The notes under the pieces: generated by a model | Databases searched by the model: none | The model's input: the letters and a program-made list of their open reading frames with translations, nothing else | Told to the model about the DNA's origin: nothing | Part shown: in pieces, positions 45,270 to 54,991 of the stretch | Layout: each line of letters opens with the position of its first letter | Position numbering within the stretch: position 1 is the first letter of the stretch | Made by a program: the position numbers and the translations under genes | From: a virus | Taxonomy: Duplodnaviria > Caudoviricetes | Length of the DNA stretch: 57,659 nucleotides | IMG/VR virus record: IMGVR_UViG_3300043443_000537 | Coordinates: 1-57,659 of that record | Direction: 5' to 3' (one strand)

Positions 45270-45309
45270 AAAAAGAAAAAGGGCGCCGGCGTTGCCGGCC
45301 GGCGCCCTT
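45270..45309 (-). terminator. Intrinsic terminator after capsid genes
   Basis: 12-bp stem 45279-90/45298-309 followed by a U-tract on the minus strand. Confidence 0.85.
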
Positions 45310-45338
45310 CCCCGTTATGCGTTACCCTTGATCCCGCC

Positions 45339-45740
45339 TCAGAGAGGACGGGAAACCTTGTAGGCGATCTTGGTGGTCGCGTTGGTGCCGTTGGCCGAGA
45401 GGGTCAGGTCGATCTGACCGTTGGCGACATCGTGCTTGGCGAGCACGAGGGTCTCGGTCGAGGCGCGGTCAACGAGCGTGCACTCGATGATGTCGCCGGC
45501 TTTGATGCCGGGCACCGAGATGCTGTCGGTGGTGGCGGCGCCGCCGGCCCAAGCGTGGACGCCGGCCTGCACGACGGTGTAGTTGTCGGGCGCGTTGGGC
45601 GTGGTCGGGAAGGTGGCGGTAGCGTCGCCGTTCTGCACGAGTTGCAGAGCGAGAGCGTCGTCAACCGAAGCGGTGCCGCCGACGGCGACACGCGAGCCGG
45701 CGACCATGAGAGGACGGACTGCGGTGATGGTGATGGCCAT
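45339..45740 (-). CDS. Putative capsid decoration/structural protein
   Basis: Directly after major capsid, before the terminator; beta-rich. Confidence 0.6.
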   Translation of the reverse strand: MAITITAVRPLMVAGSRVAVGGTASVDDALALQLVQNGDATATFPTTPNAPDNYTVVQAGVHAWAGGAATTDSISVPGIKAGDIIECTLVDRASTETLVLAKHDVANGQIDLTLSANGTNATTKIAYKVSRPL

Positions 45741-45811
45741 GATGGGTGTGGTGTTGGTGGCTTAGGTTGTGGCGGGCCCCGCTAGGCGAGGCCCGCCGGT
45801 TTCAGCGTTGG

Positions 45812-47707
45812 TTAGCTGTTGTTCTTGCCGAAGGCGAAGGACTCGACGCGGCGAACGGCGAAGTCGACGTCCTGCATCGCGACGATGCGGATGCGGCCGC
45901 GGGTGCTGTGGGTGTAGGGATCCACGTTCAGCTCGAGGCCGCCCCACATCGCGGCCCAGAAGTCGGACCAGTTGCCGAAGAACACGTCGCCGGCGGTGAC
46001 CTGATTGGTGACCTCGGTGCCGTAGCCGTTGATGGTGTTGCCGGCTTCCCAGATGGTGCCGGACACGCCCGAGAACTTGAGCGTGGACTTGGCGTAGCCG
46101 CGCAGGCCGGCGTCGACGACGTAGGCCATGCTGTCGACCTCGGCGTTGTCCTGGGCGATGGCGGTCTCCATCGCGACGAGCTCGGCGTAGGTCGGGTTGG
46201 CGGCGGCAAAGTTCACCGCGTTGATGCCGTCCTGCAGCTTGAGGCCTTTGGGCTGGCCATTGGCGCCGGTGCCGTAGAGGGCGGCCTTGTCGATGGTCTG
46301 CGCGAGACCGCGAGCGAGGTCGAGGCGCACGAGGGCCTCCACGTCGAGCGAGGACTGCATGAGCATCTTGCGGGTGACGTCAACGAAGCCCGAGGCGGTC
46401 TTGGGCGCGAGGGGGATGAGACCGAAGTCGACATCGCTCTGGCCAGCGGGATCGTCTTCACCGATCCAGTAGCCGGAGGCGCCGGTCACTTGCTTCGGGA
46501 TGTCGAAGTTGCCGACGAGGCCGCCGAGCACGGAGGCGCGGCGCATGATGAAGGTGCGGGGGCGGAGCAGGTCGACGAACGAGCTGGCGAGCAGCGTGGT
46601 CGCGACGGTCGCGGAGCCGGTGCCGGTGTAGCCGTTGCCGGTCTTCACCGAGATGACGTCGGCGCGCTGGGCGAGCACGGGGTCAAGCGGCGTGGCGAGA
46701 ACCTCGAGCGGGATGCTGAGGCCCTGCACGGAGCGGTGGCTGGCCTTGGCGGCAGCCTCGCAGACCTCGAACTCGTAGCCGGCGGCGTCGCGCAGCTTGG
46801 CGTTCTTGGGGTCGGCCATCGCGGCGAGCAGGCGGGTGAAGCGGAAGTTGCGGGCCTCCTTCTCGGACATGCCGGTCTTGCCGGACTCCTTGAAGGACTT
46901 GTTGCGCTCGGCGAGCTTCTCAAGCACGGCCTGCTTGAACTCGGCTTCGGACTTGCGCTCGGAGACGAAGTCCTGGGCGAGGCCGTCGAGCTCGTATTTC
47001 TTGCCGATCTCGAGGATGGAACGGACGCGCGAGAACTCGGCGTCGGAAGCCTTGCGCTGCTCGGCGGCGACGTCGACAGCGGGAGGCGTGTTGGTTTCGG
47101 TGGTGGTGGCGCTCATGGTAGAGGGAGAGTTGGTAGTTTTGTTGGTTTCGACCTTGGGAGCCTGCGCGGCGGCGGGCTCGGTGTTGAGGTTGCGGCCCAC
47201 ACCGACGGTCGGATCGGCAGGGACGGTGACGAAGCTGATCTCGTAGGGCTGCCAACGAGTGACCGTGTAAACGTCCACGCCGTTGCGGGTCTCGGTGAGC
47301 TTTACCTCCTCGATCTTGTAGCCGACGCTGATGTGCCGCAGGATTCCGTCCTGCACATCCCGCCACTTCTCCTCGGCGAGGCTGCTGTTGCCGAACCGGA
47401 CAACAGCGCGACCCTTGCCGTCGGAGTCGATACGGGCGCTTTCAACAACGCCAATCTGCTCGTCAAAGTCGTGATTGAAGAGGACGGCCGCGCCGTCCTC
47501 CATGCGGGACATGTCGACCGCGTCCTTCTCGTGCGAGAGGACTTCGATCTCACCCCACCGCTTGAGCTCGATGTCGGACGAAAACGCGACCTCGACGGTG
47601 CGCTTCTCCTTGTCGATGGTGCCGGGCTTGAACGCGCGACGCAGCAAAACGCCAGGCGCAATGCGCTGCGCGGTCTTGCTGGGTTCGGTTGCGGTGGCGG
47701 TGCTCAT
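45812..47707 (-). CDS. Prohead protease-major capsid protein fusion (HK97 fold)
   Basis: VLFNHD..QIG, ISVGY, WQPYEISFVTVPADP protease; GYWIGE, VFFGNWS capsid. Confidence 0.95.
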   Translation of the reverse strand: MSTATATEPSKTAQRIAPGVLLRRAFKPGTIDKEKRTVEVAFSSDIELKRWGEIEVLSHEKDAVDMSRMEDGAAVLFNHDFDEQIGVVESARIDSDGKGRAVVRFGNSSLAEEKWRDVQDGILRHISVGYKIEEVKLTETRNGVDVYTVTRWQPYEISFVTVPADPTVGVGRNLNTEPAAAQAPKVETNKTTNSPSTMSATTTETNTPPAVDVAAEQRKASDAEFSRVRSILEIGKKYELDGLAQDFVSERKSEAEFKQAVLEKLAERNKSFKESGKTGMSEKEARNFRFTRLLAAMADPKNAKLRDAAGYEFEVCEAAAKASHRSVQGLSIPLEVLATPLDPVLAQRADVISVKTGNGYTGTGSATVATTLLASSFVDLLRPRTFIMRRASVLGGLVGNFDIPKQVTGASGYWIGEDDPAGQSDVDFGLIPLAPKTASGFVDVTRKMLMQSSLDVEALVRLDLARGLAQTIDKAALYGTGANGQPKGLKLQDGINAVNFAAANPTYAELVAMETAIAQDNAEVDSMAYVVDAGLRGYAKSTLKFSGVSGTIWEAGNTINGYGTEVTNQVTAGDVFFGNWSDFWAAMWGGLELNVDPYTHSTRGRIRIVAMQDVDFAVRRVESFAFGKNNS

Positions 47708-47741
47708 GTTTCTGACGAGGTTATGCAGTTCATGCGCGCGG

Positions 47742-47760
47742 GTCTTGTGCGGGGATTTCC
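47742..47760 (-). promoter_or_regulatory. Late promoter box upstream of capsid
   Basis: GGAAATCCCCGCACAAGAC-N18-TAACCT. Confidence 0.82.
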
Positions 47761-47779
47761 TAGACTTGCGGGTCTTTCG

Positions 47780-48772
47780 CTACGCAGCCATCGCAAGCGC
47801 GATGATTTCTTCGTCGGTGAGGTTGCGGATCGAAGAAACCGAGACCGCGCCAGCCTGAGGCGACGCCGAGACAGAGCCGACACCGACCTCCGCAGAGATG
47901 GAAATAAAGGCGACCGGGGCCGGCGCGACGCTAGGTGGGGCGGGGCGAATCGGCACCTGCGCGGAGGTAGCGAGGGATGACGCGCCTACCCTTGCGTCTG
48001 CCTGCACGCCGATGACCGCGACCGCCTCGTTTACTTGGGCCTCGTAGAGCTCGGGACTGAGCAGGATGAACGGCGGGCGGCGCCGGCCTCCACCGTGGCG
48101 CGAAACCGGTTCTTTTACCGGCTCAGTCGCGGTGACCGTCACCGAAGCAAGTGCGGTCTCGGCCGATACGCCCGCGGTCTCTACTACCGCGTCTTCGCTT
48201 GAGTCGGTAGCAACGGTGACGGCGCCCACGAGCCCGGAGGCGCCGAGACCTGGGGCGGGCGCGCTGCTGCTGCCAGTCGCGGTGACTTCGCCTCTTTGCG
48301 CCGCGCAGAAGTTTCCCGTCACTTGCACCGATGCGGAGCCCGATGCCATGGCGGCGCCGCTTTGCCCGGTGCCCGACATCCCGGTTCCAGCAACCGAGGC
48401 GGACGCAGAGACGGCGGCGGTGCCTGCTTGCCCTGCCCCACTCACTCCGGTTGCCGAGACGGCGGCAACTACGGACGCGCTTGTGGTTCCGATGCCGCTG
48501 ACGGCCAAAACGCCAGAGGTCGACGCGGTCGCGCTGGCGCTGATCGCAACCGAGCCGAGCAGACTCGTGGCCCCGAGCCCGCTGACCGAGGAGGTCGCAC
48601 CTGCGACGACGAGCGTCGAGCCGATGACGCCGGTGCCGGTGCGCCCCGTAGCCGCCACGGCTGCGCCCGCAGCGACGTTCAGCGTGCCGACCGATCCAGC
48701 CGCGGAGACGCCCGTGACAGGAACGTCGACCGAGGAGGCGCTCGCGCTGGCAAATAGCAGGAGGAGGCTCAT
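47780..48772 (-). CDS. Ala/Ser/Gly/Val repeat protein (putative head fibre)
   Basis: ~24-aa degenerate repeats of the VTGVSAAGSVGT type. Confidence 0.7.
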   Translation of the reverse strand: MSLLLLFASASASSVDVPVTGVSAAGSVGTLNVAAGAAVAATGRTGTGVIGSTLVVAGATSSVSGLGATSLLGSVAISASATASTSGVLAVSGIGTTSASVVAAVSATGVSGAGQAGTAAVSASASVAGTGMSGTGQSGAAMASGSASVQVTGNFCAAQRGEVTATGSSSAPAPGLGASGLVGAVTVATDSSEDAVVETAGVSAETALASVTVTATEPVKEPVSRHGGGRRRPPFILLSPELYEAQVNEAVAVIGVQADARVGASSLATSAQVPIRPAPPSVAPAPVAFISISAEVGVGSVSASPQAGAVSVSSIRNLTDEEIIALAMAA

Positions 48773-48779
48773 GGCCTAC

Positions 48780-49424
48780 TCACACCGCCTCAAATATGAC
48801 CGCGAAGCCGATGTTGCCGACGGAGGCTACGGCGCCCTGCACGACGCGCAGCCCGGTGTTTTCCGTGACGAGGATGGGTGCGTGCAGCGGATTGCAGAAC
48901 TGGTTCTCCTTGTCGTAGTTCGAGGCATTGGTCTCCTCCGGGAAGATGTGGCGCTCGCTTAGGATCGCGCCGGCAGTCGCGCCGCCAGTCGGCGAGCTGC
49001 GCGCAGTGACGCCGGCGGGCAGCGCCGAATCGTTCGGGTTGTGTTTGGAAAAGGTGATCGCGGTCAGCGACGTGCCTTGCGATGTCGCCGCCGTGCCGCC
49101 GGTGCCAACCGCGCTCGTGCGGGTAAGGTAGAGCTTGACCGAGAGCGCGCCGGTGACCGCGACGGAACCGTCCTTGATCGCCTCCACCGACTTCACGCGC
49201 AGGGTCTGGCCGCTGCCGGTCGCATTGAAGAGGTCGAAATAGACTTTGTTTGCACCGGCCGCCTGCGCGGGCACGTAGAGCCGATAAGTCGGCGCGGTTC
49301 CAAGGATGTGCCCGGTGTCGTCGGCAGGCATGACGACTTGGTGCTCCTTCGCGTTGACGATCTGCGTGGCGACCGTCGCACCGGAGCCAGGCGTGACGGG
49401 GATGCTGTCGTTCGCGAGGCCCAT
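48780..49424 (-). CDS. Hypothetical virion protein
   Basis: 214-aa beta-rich ORF in the head cluster. Confidence 0.7.
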   Translation of the reverse strand: MGLANDSIPVTPGSGATVATQIVNAKEHQVVMPADDTGHILGTAPTYRLYVPAQAAGANKVYFDLFNATGSGQTLRVKSVEAIKDGSVAVTGALSVKLYLTRTSAVGTGGTAATSQGTSLTAITFSKHNPNDSALPAGVTARSSPTGGATAGAILSERHIFPEETNASNYDKENQFCNPLHAPILVTENTGLRVVQGAVASVGNIGFAVIFEAV

Positions 49425-49427
49425 GCG

Positions 49428-49856
49428 TTACGCGATTCGGATGAGAGCGTTCGAGGCGTCGGCGCTCGGGAAGGTGACTTGGAAGGTGCCGTTTGTGCTC
49501 GTCTTGTCGGCGCCGAAGTCGAGGACCGCGACGGCGTTCTTCCCGGCGAGCGTGTCGTTGTAAATGAGCGCGCCGCGAGCCGTGATGGTGGCGTTGGCCC
49601 ACGAGGGATCGGACGTGAAGTCAAGCCATGCGGTTGTGCCGCTCTTGCTCGTGGTGAAACCCGAGAGCGCAACGCCGCCGGTCGTGTATCCGTTTCCATT
49701 AGCGACCTCGCCGGTCTGGCCGGTGTAGCTGATGGTCGCCGCGTCAAGAGACGCCGCGCTGCTGAAGAGCGCGATCTTGTAGGTGTGCGAGCTTAGGTGA
49801 AGACCTTGAAGAATCTCCTGTTTGAAAGAGGTGCAGAGGGCGGAGGCGATAGCCAT
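49428..49856 (-). CDS. Conserved virion structural protein
   Basis: CTSFKQEILQG...YKIALF...GYTTGG...ARGALIYND...LDFGADKTSTNGTF. Confidence 0.8.
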   Translation of the reverse strand: MAIASALCTSFKQEILQGLHLSSHTYKIALFSSAASLDAATISYTGQTGEVANGNGYTTGGVALSGFTTSKSGTTAWLDFTSDPSWANATITARGALIYNDTLAGKNAVAVLDFGADKTSTNGTFQVTFPSADASNALIRIA

Positions 49857-49865
49857 GTGCGAGGA

Positions 49866-51830
49866 TTAGGTTGAGGGCTTGTCGGTGATTTCTATCCCTG
49901 AAATTGATCCATCTGGGTTGCGGACAACGGTCGCCTGACGGTTGACTGTCGGCGCACCGGGCTGGGTGATGTGGATGTTGACCGGCTGGACGTCGCGGCC
50001 GGCGTCCGCGGGCTTCGCGGGCTGTGGGGCCGGTTCCGGCTTGGGGGTGAACTTCGTGAGCGGCGCGAAGATGGCGTCGACCTCGGCGTCGGGCACGAGC
50101 GGGAAAGCCGCCTTTGCGATGGCCTTCGCGGTCTCGAGCGGGAGCTGCCCGTTCGCGACCTGCGCGGCGAGCGCGACGAGCGCGGTGACCTGCGCGCCGT
50201 TGAGTGCGGTCGCCTGAATGTCGCCTTGGGTGGCGGCGACGTTGGCTGCCTGCTTGGGCCCGGAGCCACCGGAGGCGACGTCCACCGGCTCGCCTTCGGC
50301 GCCCATGAGGCTTACGGTCTGCGCGCCGGCCTCCGCGTCCACGGGGATACCGCGCTTCGACATTTCGTCGCGCTCTTCTTGAATCTCATCCCACGTGTCC
50401 CACGGCTCGTCGCCGGTCTCGCGGATGATCGACTGACGGGACTTGATTCCGAGCGCGACGGCTTTCTCGTGCGCGGAGACCTCTTTGGAGGGATCGACCC
50501 ATGCCCACCGGCGGCCCGTGAAAATACCCGCGTCCTTGTAGCGCTCGGCGCGCTCCATCTTGAGCGGCTTGCCAGCGATCTTGATCTTGTCGGCCAACAG
50601 GCAAAAGTCGATCCACGCCTCGTAGATGGGCACGCAGAGCGAATCAATGATGTGCTCCTGCAGGCCCTTCCAGAGTTCGCGCTCGGCCAGCTCGGCGGTG
50701 CGCGAGCTCGTGTAGTTCACACCCTCCATGTCGGAGGCGAGGTTGTGGTAAGCGGGGCCTAGACCGGAGGCGATGCTCATGAGCGCGCGCTTCATGAACG
50801 GGCCGAAGTCGCCGGTCGGATAAGCCGGGTCAAACGGAACGAAGTCAAGGCCGCCGATGTTCTGGAACGTGCCGGGATCGGCATCCGCAGGCAGTTCGTC
50901 CTCGTTTACGAGTTCGCCTTCCGGGTCTTTGAAGAAGCCCATCTTCGCGGCGCCGACGCGGGCGCTCGTAACCGCGGCGTCCTCGTAGCCCTTGAGCATG
51001 CGCAGGCGCCAAAGCGAGGCGCGCATCCAAGGCAGGCCGCGCTTCTGGTTCACCACCTCCGGCAGGAAATCGTGAATGACGTCGGCGGCGTCGACGACGC
51101 GGAAGTTCTGGCTCGAATAGGTGATGTAGCCGACGTGCGTTTCCTCGTATTCGCGGAAGTAGTAGCGCACCGGCTTGCCCTCCGGCGTGAACTCAATGCC
51201 GTGACGGATGAAGTTGGCGGCGGGCAGAACTACGTTGCCTGCCGTGCCGGCGATCTGGTTGTGCCGCGGGTCGAGAAACACCGGGTCAACCATTTGCAGC
51301 GCGAAGCCGTAGGGTCCGGCCTTCGCACCATAGACCTTGATCGCAATGGCCTCGCCGTCGGTGGCGAGGGTCTTCGCCCATAGGCGCTCGAAGTCGCGGC
51401 GCGAGAGTTTGCCAGAGACGTCGAAACTCCCCTTGCGACTGAACCGGCGAAACTCCGCCTCGATGGCGTTGCTCGCCGGCAGGTCGATGGAAACACGCCC
51501 GTTGACCGGCACCGGGTCTTTGACGTCGGCGTGGAAACGGAAACCGCGTGAGCCGACGACGTTGTCCTGCACGAGTTGCAGGAACTTCTTCGCGTGGTCG
51601 TTGTTGTGAGAGGCGTCACGCGAGCGCGCCACGAGCGTCGTCCAATGCTGCTCGACGTAGGTATCGACGGTGTGCGGCGTGGTCGTCCACGAGGACTCGA
51701 GACGCGTAGTGTCGGCGGCTTGAAAGAGCGAACGGGTCGCGCGGCCGATGGCAGCACGGCGGCGACGCGCGATCTCGGCACGGTCGGGAGTGGGCGCGGA
51801 GCGGCGGCGGAAGATGTCGAAGAGGGACAT
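49866..51830 (-). CDS. Portal protein, lambda family, with C-terminal extension
   Basis: LVARSRD, IRHGIEF, QKRGLPW, VNYTSSR, WAWVDPSKE. Confidence 0.95.
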   Translation of the reverse strand: MSLFDIFRRRSAPTPDRAEIARRRRAAIGRATRSLFQAADTTRLESSWTTTPHTVDTYVEQHWTTLVARSRDASHNNDHAKKFLQLVQDNVVGSRGFRFHADVKDPVPVNGRVSIDLPASNAIEAEFRRFSRKGSFDVSGKLSRRDFERLWAKTLATDGEAIAIKVYGAKAGPYGFALQMVDPVFLDPRHNQIAGTAGNVVLPAANFIRHGIEFTPEGKPVRYYFREYEETHVGYITYSSQNFRVVDAADVIHDFLPEVVNQKRGLPWMRASLWRLRMLKGYEDAAVTSARVGAAKMGFFKDPEGELVNEDELPADADPGTFQNIGGLDFVPFDPAYPTGDFGPFMKRALMSIASGLGPAYHNLASDMEGVNYTSSRTAELAERELWKGLQEHIIDSLCVPIYEAWIDFCLLADKIKIAGKPLKMERAERYKDAGIFTGRRWAWVDPSKEVSAHEKAVALGIKSRQSIIRETGDEPWDTWDEIQEERDEMSKRGIPVDAEAGAQTVSLMGAEGEPVDVASGGSGPKQAANVAATQGDIQATALNGAQVTALVALAAQVANGQLPLETAKAIAKAAFPLVPDAEVDAIFAPLTKFTPKPEPAPQPAKPADAGRDVQPVNIHITQPGAPTVNRQATVVRNPDGSISGIEITDKPST

Positions 51831-51839
51831 GCGGGGAAA

Positions 51840-52367
51840 TCAGAAGCGAAAGCGAATATCCGGGCCGAGAACCGACTGGCCTTTCTGCTTCCGGCGCTCG
51901 ATTGCGGCGAGCCTTTTGTAGTGACCGAGGAGTTTGAGCAACTCGGCGGCGCCGTAACGCTCCATCTCGCGGTTGTTGATCTTGTAGCGGCGCCACGTCG
52001 GGTCTTGCCCGCCGCTCGCGAGGTGCGCCTCAATCGCCTGCACGATCTGCTCGTAGGTGTTGAGGGCGTTGAATCCGGCGCCGCCGTTCATCGCCGACAA
52101 CTCGACGTCAATGCGGCTGCGCGCGACGAGGTAGCTGGGGATCGTCTCGCCGTTCACGACGGCGTTCGTGGCCCACACCTCAATCGCGTAGACACCGGCC
52201 TGCCAAGAGTTGGTCGACGCCAAGGCCTTCCACTCTGCGCCGTCGAGCACGGCGTTGACCGTGATGGCGGCGGGACCGCGCAGGTAGAACGCGACGGATT
52301 CAGCCGACACGCAGGCCTGCGCGCGGAAGGTTTCACCGGCTACGATTTGAGAGGGAAGAGTTACCAT
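51840..52367 (-). CDS. Head completion protein (lambda gpW-like)
   Basis: Between terminase and portal; RYKINNREMERY..ELL. Confidence 0.75.
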   Translation of the reverse strand: MVTLPSQIVAGETFRAQACVSAESVAFYLRGPAAITVNAVLDGAEWKALASTNSWQAGVYAIEVWATNAVVNGETIPSYLVARSRIDVELSAMNGGAGFNALNTYEQIVQAIEAHLASGGQDPTWRRYKINNREMERYGAAELLKLLGHYKRLAAIERRKQKGQSVLGPDIRFRF

Positions 52368-54379
52368 GCGCTGACGTAGCCGCCGCGCCTCCGAGGACGG
52401 GACGCAACGGGTCGGGGGCGAGTATGGGCAGGGGGTGCGGGTGCGTCTTGTGCGGGGATTTCCTCCGGCGGCGCACGTTCTGGCGCGACTGGTGGCGCGA
52501 TTGGCGCGACCGGCGGTTTATCTGGCGCGACTTCGGGCGCGTCGTCGCCCTGCTCCTCGGCCTCAACCTGGGCGACCGCCTCGCGCCGTTTTTTCATCCC
52601 GAGCGCGAGCTTCGAGAAGTCCGGCTTGGCCAGCACGAGCGCGGCGAACGCGTAGACGCGGCAGTCGAGCGCCTCGTTGCGCTTGCCCTCCGGCAGTTTC
52701 CACACGCGCTTCTTGTAGCCCTTCCGGTCCTTCTCGACGACGGCCTTCTCGGCGACGAGCTGCTCAAACCATTCAGGCGGGCGCCCGGTCGGAAAGTGGC
52801 AGTAGCCCGGAGCGCCTGGCGCGTCGATCCGCAGCCGCCGGTAAACGATGCTCTTTACCTGATCGACGGCGACGAGGAACAGGTCGACGGGCCGGCGTTG
52901 CTTGCCCACCCGCTTGCGCTGCGCGGCCGACACGAGTGCCTTGTCCTCGCCGGACACACCCTTGACGGCGAACACGCGCTCGCCACGGCGGCCGCGGCAG
53001 TAGTTGTAAACCGCCTCGGTGTTGTGGCCGCCGGAGTCGATGCAGCCGCCCCATATAGGCATCTTGCCCGCGGTCTCGTGCTGCCAGAGCTTGCGCCGCC
53101 AGGCGGTGAACGCGTCCCACGGTGAGCCGGGCCGGCCCTCCACAATGTCGGGGTCGCCCCAAAAAACAGCGTGGTCAATCGACCACGACTCCTCGCCTGC
53201 GCCGAAGCCGACGAGTTCGGCTTCGATACGGTCGGGTTGCGTGTCTGCGCCGAACACCATCGTCAGGACGCGGCCCGGCACCGGCGCGGCGTATTTCTCC
53301 GCGCGCTTAGCCAGCGCGTTCCCATCCATCGCGCCGTCCGCCTCGTCCCACTCCTCACCGAGCGAGGTGTTGATCCACACCTTGAGCCGCTCCGGGAAAT
53401 CTTTCGCGGCAAGGAAGTCCTTCACGACCTGCGCGATGGTTTTCCATGGCGAGTAGAGCTCGTTGATGTGGAAGCCCGCGGTGCCGGTGAATGGCGCGGT
53501 CGCTCGCCATCCGGCCCCCTGCTTCGGCGCCATCATGACCGCGACGTTCTTCTCGGCGTTCGTAAACGTGCGCGCGCAACTCGGGCACTTCATGCGCGCC
53601 GTGCCCTCCACATCGGCTTTGTCGAAGACGACGTTGCCCCACGCCAGCACGTGCGGGTGCTCGCAATGGGGGCAGCGAATTTCGTAAACGCGGCGGTCGC
53701 TCTCGTCGTAGGCGGCGCCGATGCGGCTCAGGCCCTTCGTCGTCGGGGTCGAGACGAGGATCTTCTTCGCGTTCCAGAACGTCGTTGTGCGCTTCTCGCC
53801 GAGCGCAACGGGGTCGCCTTCGTTGCCGGCGCTCGCCGGGTATCGGTCAACCTCGTCGAACAGGACGATGCGGATCGGGCGCCCGGCCAGGTCGCTCGGT
53901 GAGTTCGCGCCCGCGATGGTGAGGTGTCCGCCCGGAAAGGCCTTGCGCCGGATGCTGCTGCCAGTGTCGCGCGCCTTCGGGTCGCCGCACTTTTCGCGCA
54001 GCGTTGGCGTGTCGCGCAGCATCGGCGCGATGCGGTCTTTCGAGAACGATTCGCCGAGGTCCGTCGTCGGATAGACGACCATGATCGGCGACGGGTCGAA
54101 GTCGATGTAGTAGCCGACGGTGTTGAGGATGACCTCGGACTTGCCTACCTGCGCGGAGGACTTGACGACCACGCGCTCAATGGCGGGGTCGCACACCGCG
54201 TCCATGATGCCGCGCTGATACTCCGCCCGGGCGGTGTCCCATCGGCCAGGCTCAGCCGACGATTCGCTCGGCAGCATGCGGCGGTTATCCGCCCACTGCG
54301 AGACCGTCCACCGCGGCGGCGGCGCCCATCGGCGCGAGATGCGCCGGAACAACTCAACGACTGCGTCGACCGATTGCAT
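52361..54379 (-). CDS. Terminase large subunit, lambda gpA family
   Basis: SAQVGKSE, FDEVDRYP, STPT, CPHC, IDSGG, RNEALDC. Confidence 0.97.
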   Translation of the reverse strand: MQSVDAVVELFRRISRRWAPPPRWTVSQWADNRRMLPSESSAEPGRWDTARAEYQRGIMDAVCDPAIERVVVKSSAQVGKSEVILNTVGYYIDFDPSPIMVVYPTTDLGESFSKDRIAPMLRDTPTLREKCGDPKARDTGSSIRRKAFPGGHLTIAGANSPSDLAGRPIRIVLFDEVDRYPASAGNEGDPVALGEKRTTTFWNAKKILVSTPTTKGLSRIGAAYDESDRRVYEIRCPHCEHPHVLAWGNVVFDKADVEGTARMKCPSCARTFTNAEKNVAVMMAPKQGAGWRATAPFTGTAGFHINELYSPWKTIAQVVKDFLAAKDFPERLKVWINTSLGEEWDEADGAMDGNALAKRAEKYAAPVPGRVLTMVFGADTQPDRIEAELVGFGAGEESWSIDHAVFWGDPDIVEGRPGSPWDAFTAWRRKLWQHETAGKMPIWGGCIDSGGHNTEAVYNYCRGRRGERVFAVKGVSGEDKALVSAAQRKRVGKQRRPVDLFLVAVDQVKSIVYRRLRIDAPGAPGYCHFPTGRPPEWFEQLVAEKAVVEKDRKGYKKRVWKLPEGKRNEALDCRVYAFAALVLAKPDFSKLALGMKKRREAVAQVEAEEQGDDAPEVAPDKPPVAPIAPPVAPERAPPEEIPAQDAPAPPAHTRPRPVASRPRRRGGYVSAW
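52445..52463 (-). promoter_or_regulatory. Late promoter box within the 3' end of terminase, upstream of gpW/portal
   Basis: GGAAATCCCCGCACAAGAC-N18-CATACT. Confidence 0.8.
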
Positions 54380-54391
54380 TCAGGCACGGCG

Positions 54392-54988
54392 TCACTCCGC
54401 CGAGGTGTCGGCTTCCTCTTCCGCCGCAGGCCGGCGCGCAGCCTCGCCGTCTTCCTCGAGCTCGTCGCGGTGCGTAGCCACAAACTCCTCGACCAACCGG
54501 CGCGGGTCGTAGACGGCCAGTTCGTTTAGCGCCTCCATGCACGGCTCGCGCAACAGCGCCTCAACCTGCGGGAGCGGAAGCACGGACTGCACGCGGCCGG
54601 CGGCCTTCGTGGGGATTGCCATGATTCGCGTCTTGGCGTTGGCGAGCATGTCGCCCCACACCTTCTCGATGATCGCCGCGTCGTGAGCCTTGCCGGCGAG
54701 AAGCGAGGCCTGGATCTCTTCCTTGTCGGCGCGGGCCTTGTAGAGGCGGGCGCGGTGTTTCTGGTAGTCGTCACCCTCCCCGCCTCCGCCTTCCGGACCG
54801 CGACCGACCGCGCGCTCCTGCAGGTATTTGATGTAGCCCTTAACGGACGCCCACAGGTCGTAGCGCCCGCGCTCGGCCTTCACGCACACGCCCATCTTCG
54901 CGAGCTGCTGCACGCGAATGTCGGTGAGGTTGAAGAGCTTCGCCAAGGTGCCGACCGGCACCGTCGGGTTGGGTGTCTCGTTGGGCAC
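54392..54988 (-). CDS. Terminase small subunit (Nu1-like)
   Basis: wHTH LAKLFNLTDIRVQQLAKMG...GRYDL; RARLYKARAD; upstream of large subunit. Confidence 0.9.
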   Translation of the reverse strand: MPNETPNPTVPVGTLAKLFNLTDIRVQQLAKMGVCVKAERGRYDLWASVKGYIKYLQERAVGRGPEGGGGEGDDYQKHRARLYKARADKEEIQASLLAGKAHDAAIIEKVWGDMLANAKTRIMAIPTKAAGRVQSVLPLPQVEALLREPCMEALNELAVYDPRRLVEEFVATHRDELEEDGEAARRPAAEEEADTSAE

Positions 54989-54991
54989 GGC

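Noticed and set aside
45771-45797. Hairpin after the capsid gene as a terminator
   Set aside because: No U-tract on the coding strand; more likely a stability or processing hairpin
45746-47980. 744-aa plus-strand ORF
   Set aside because: Antisense to the capsid gene; no recognisable domain
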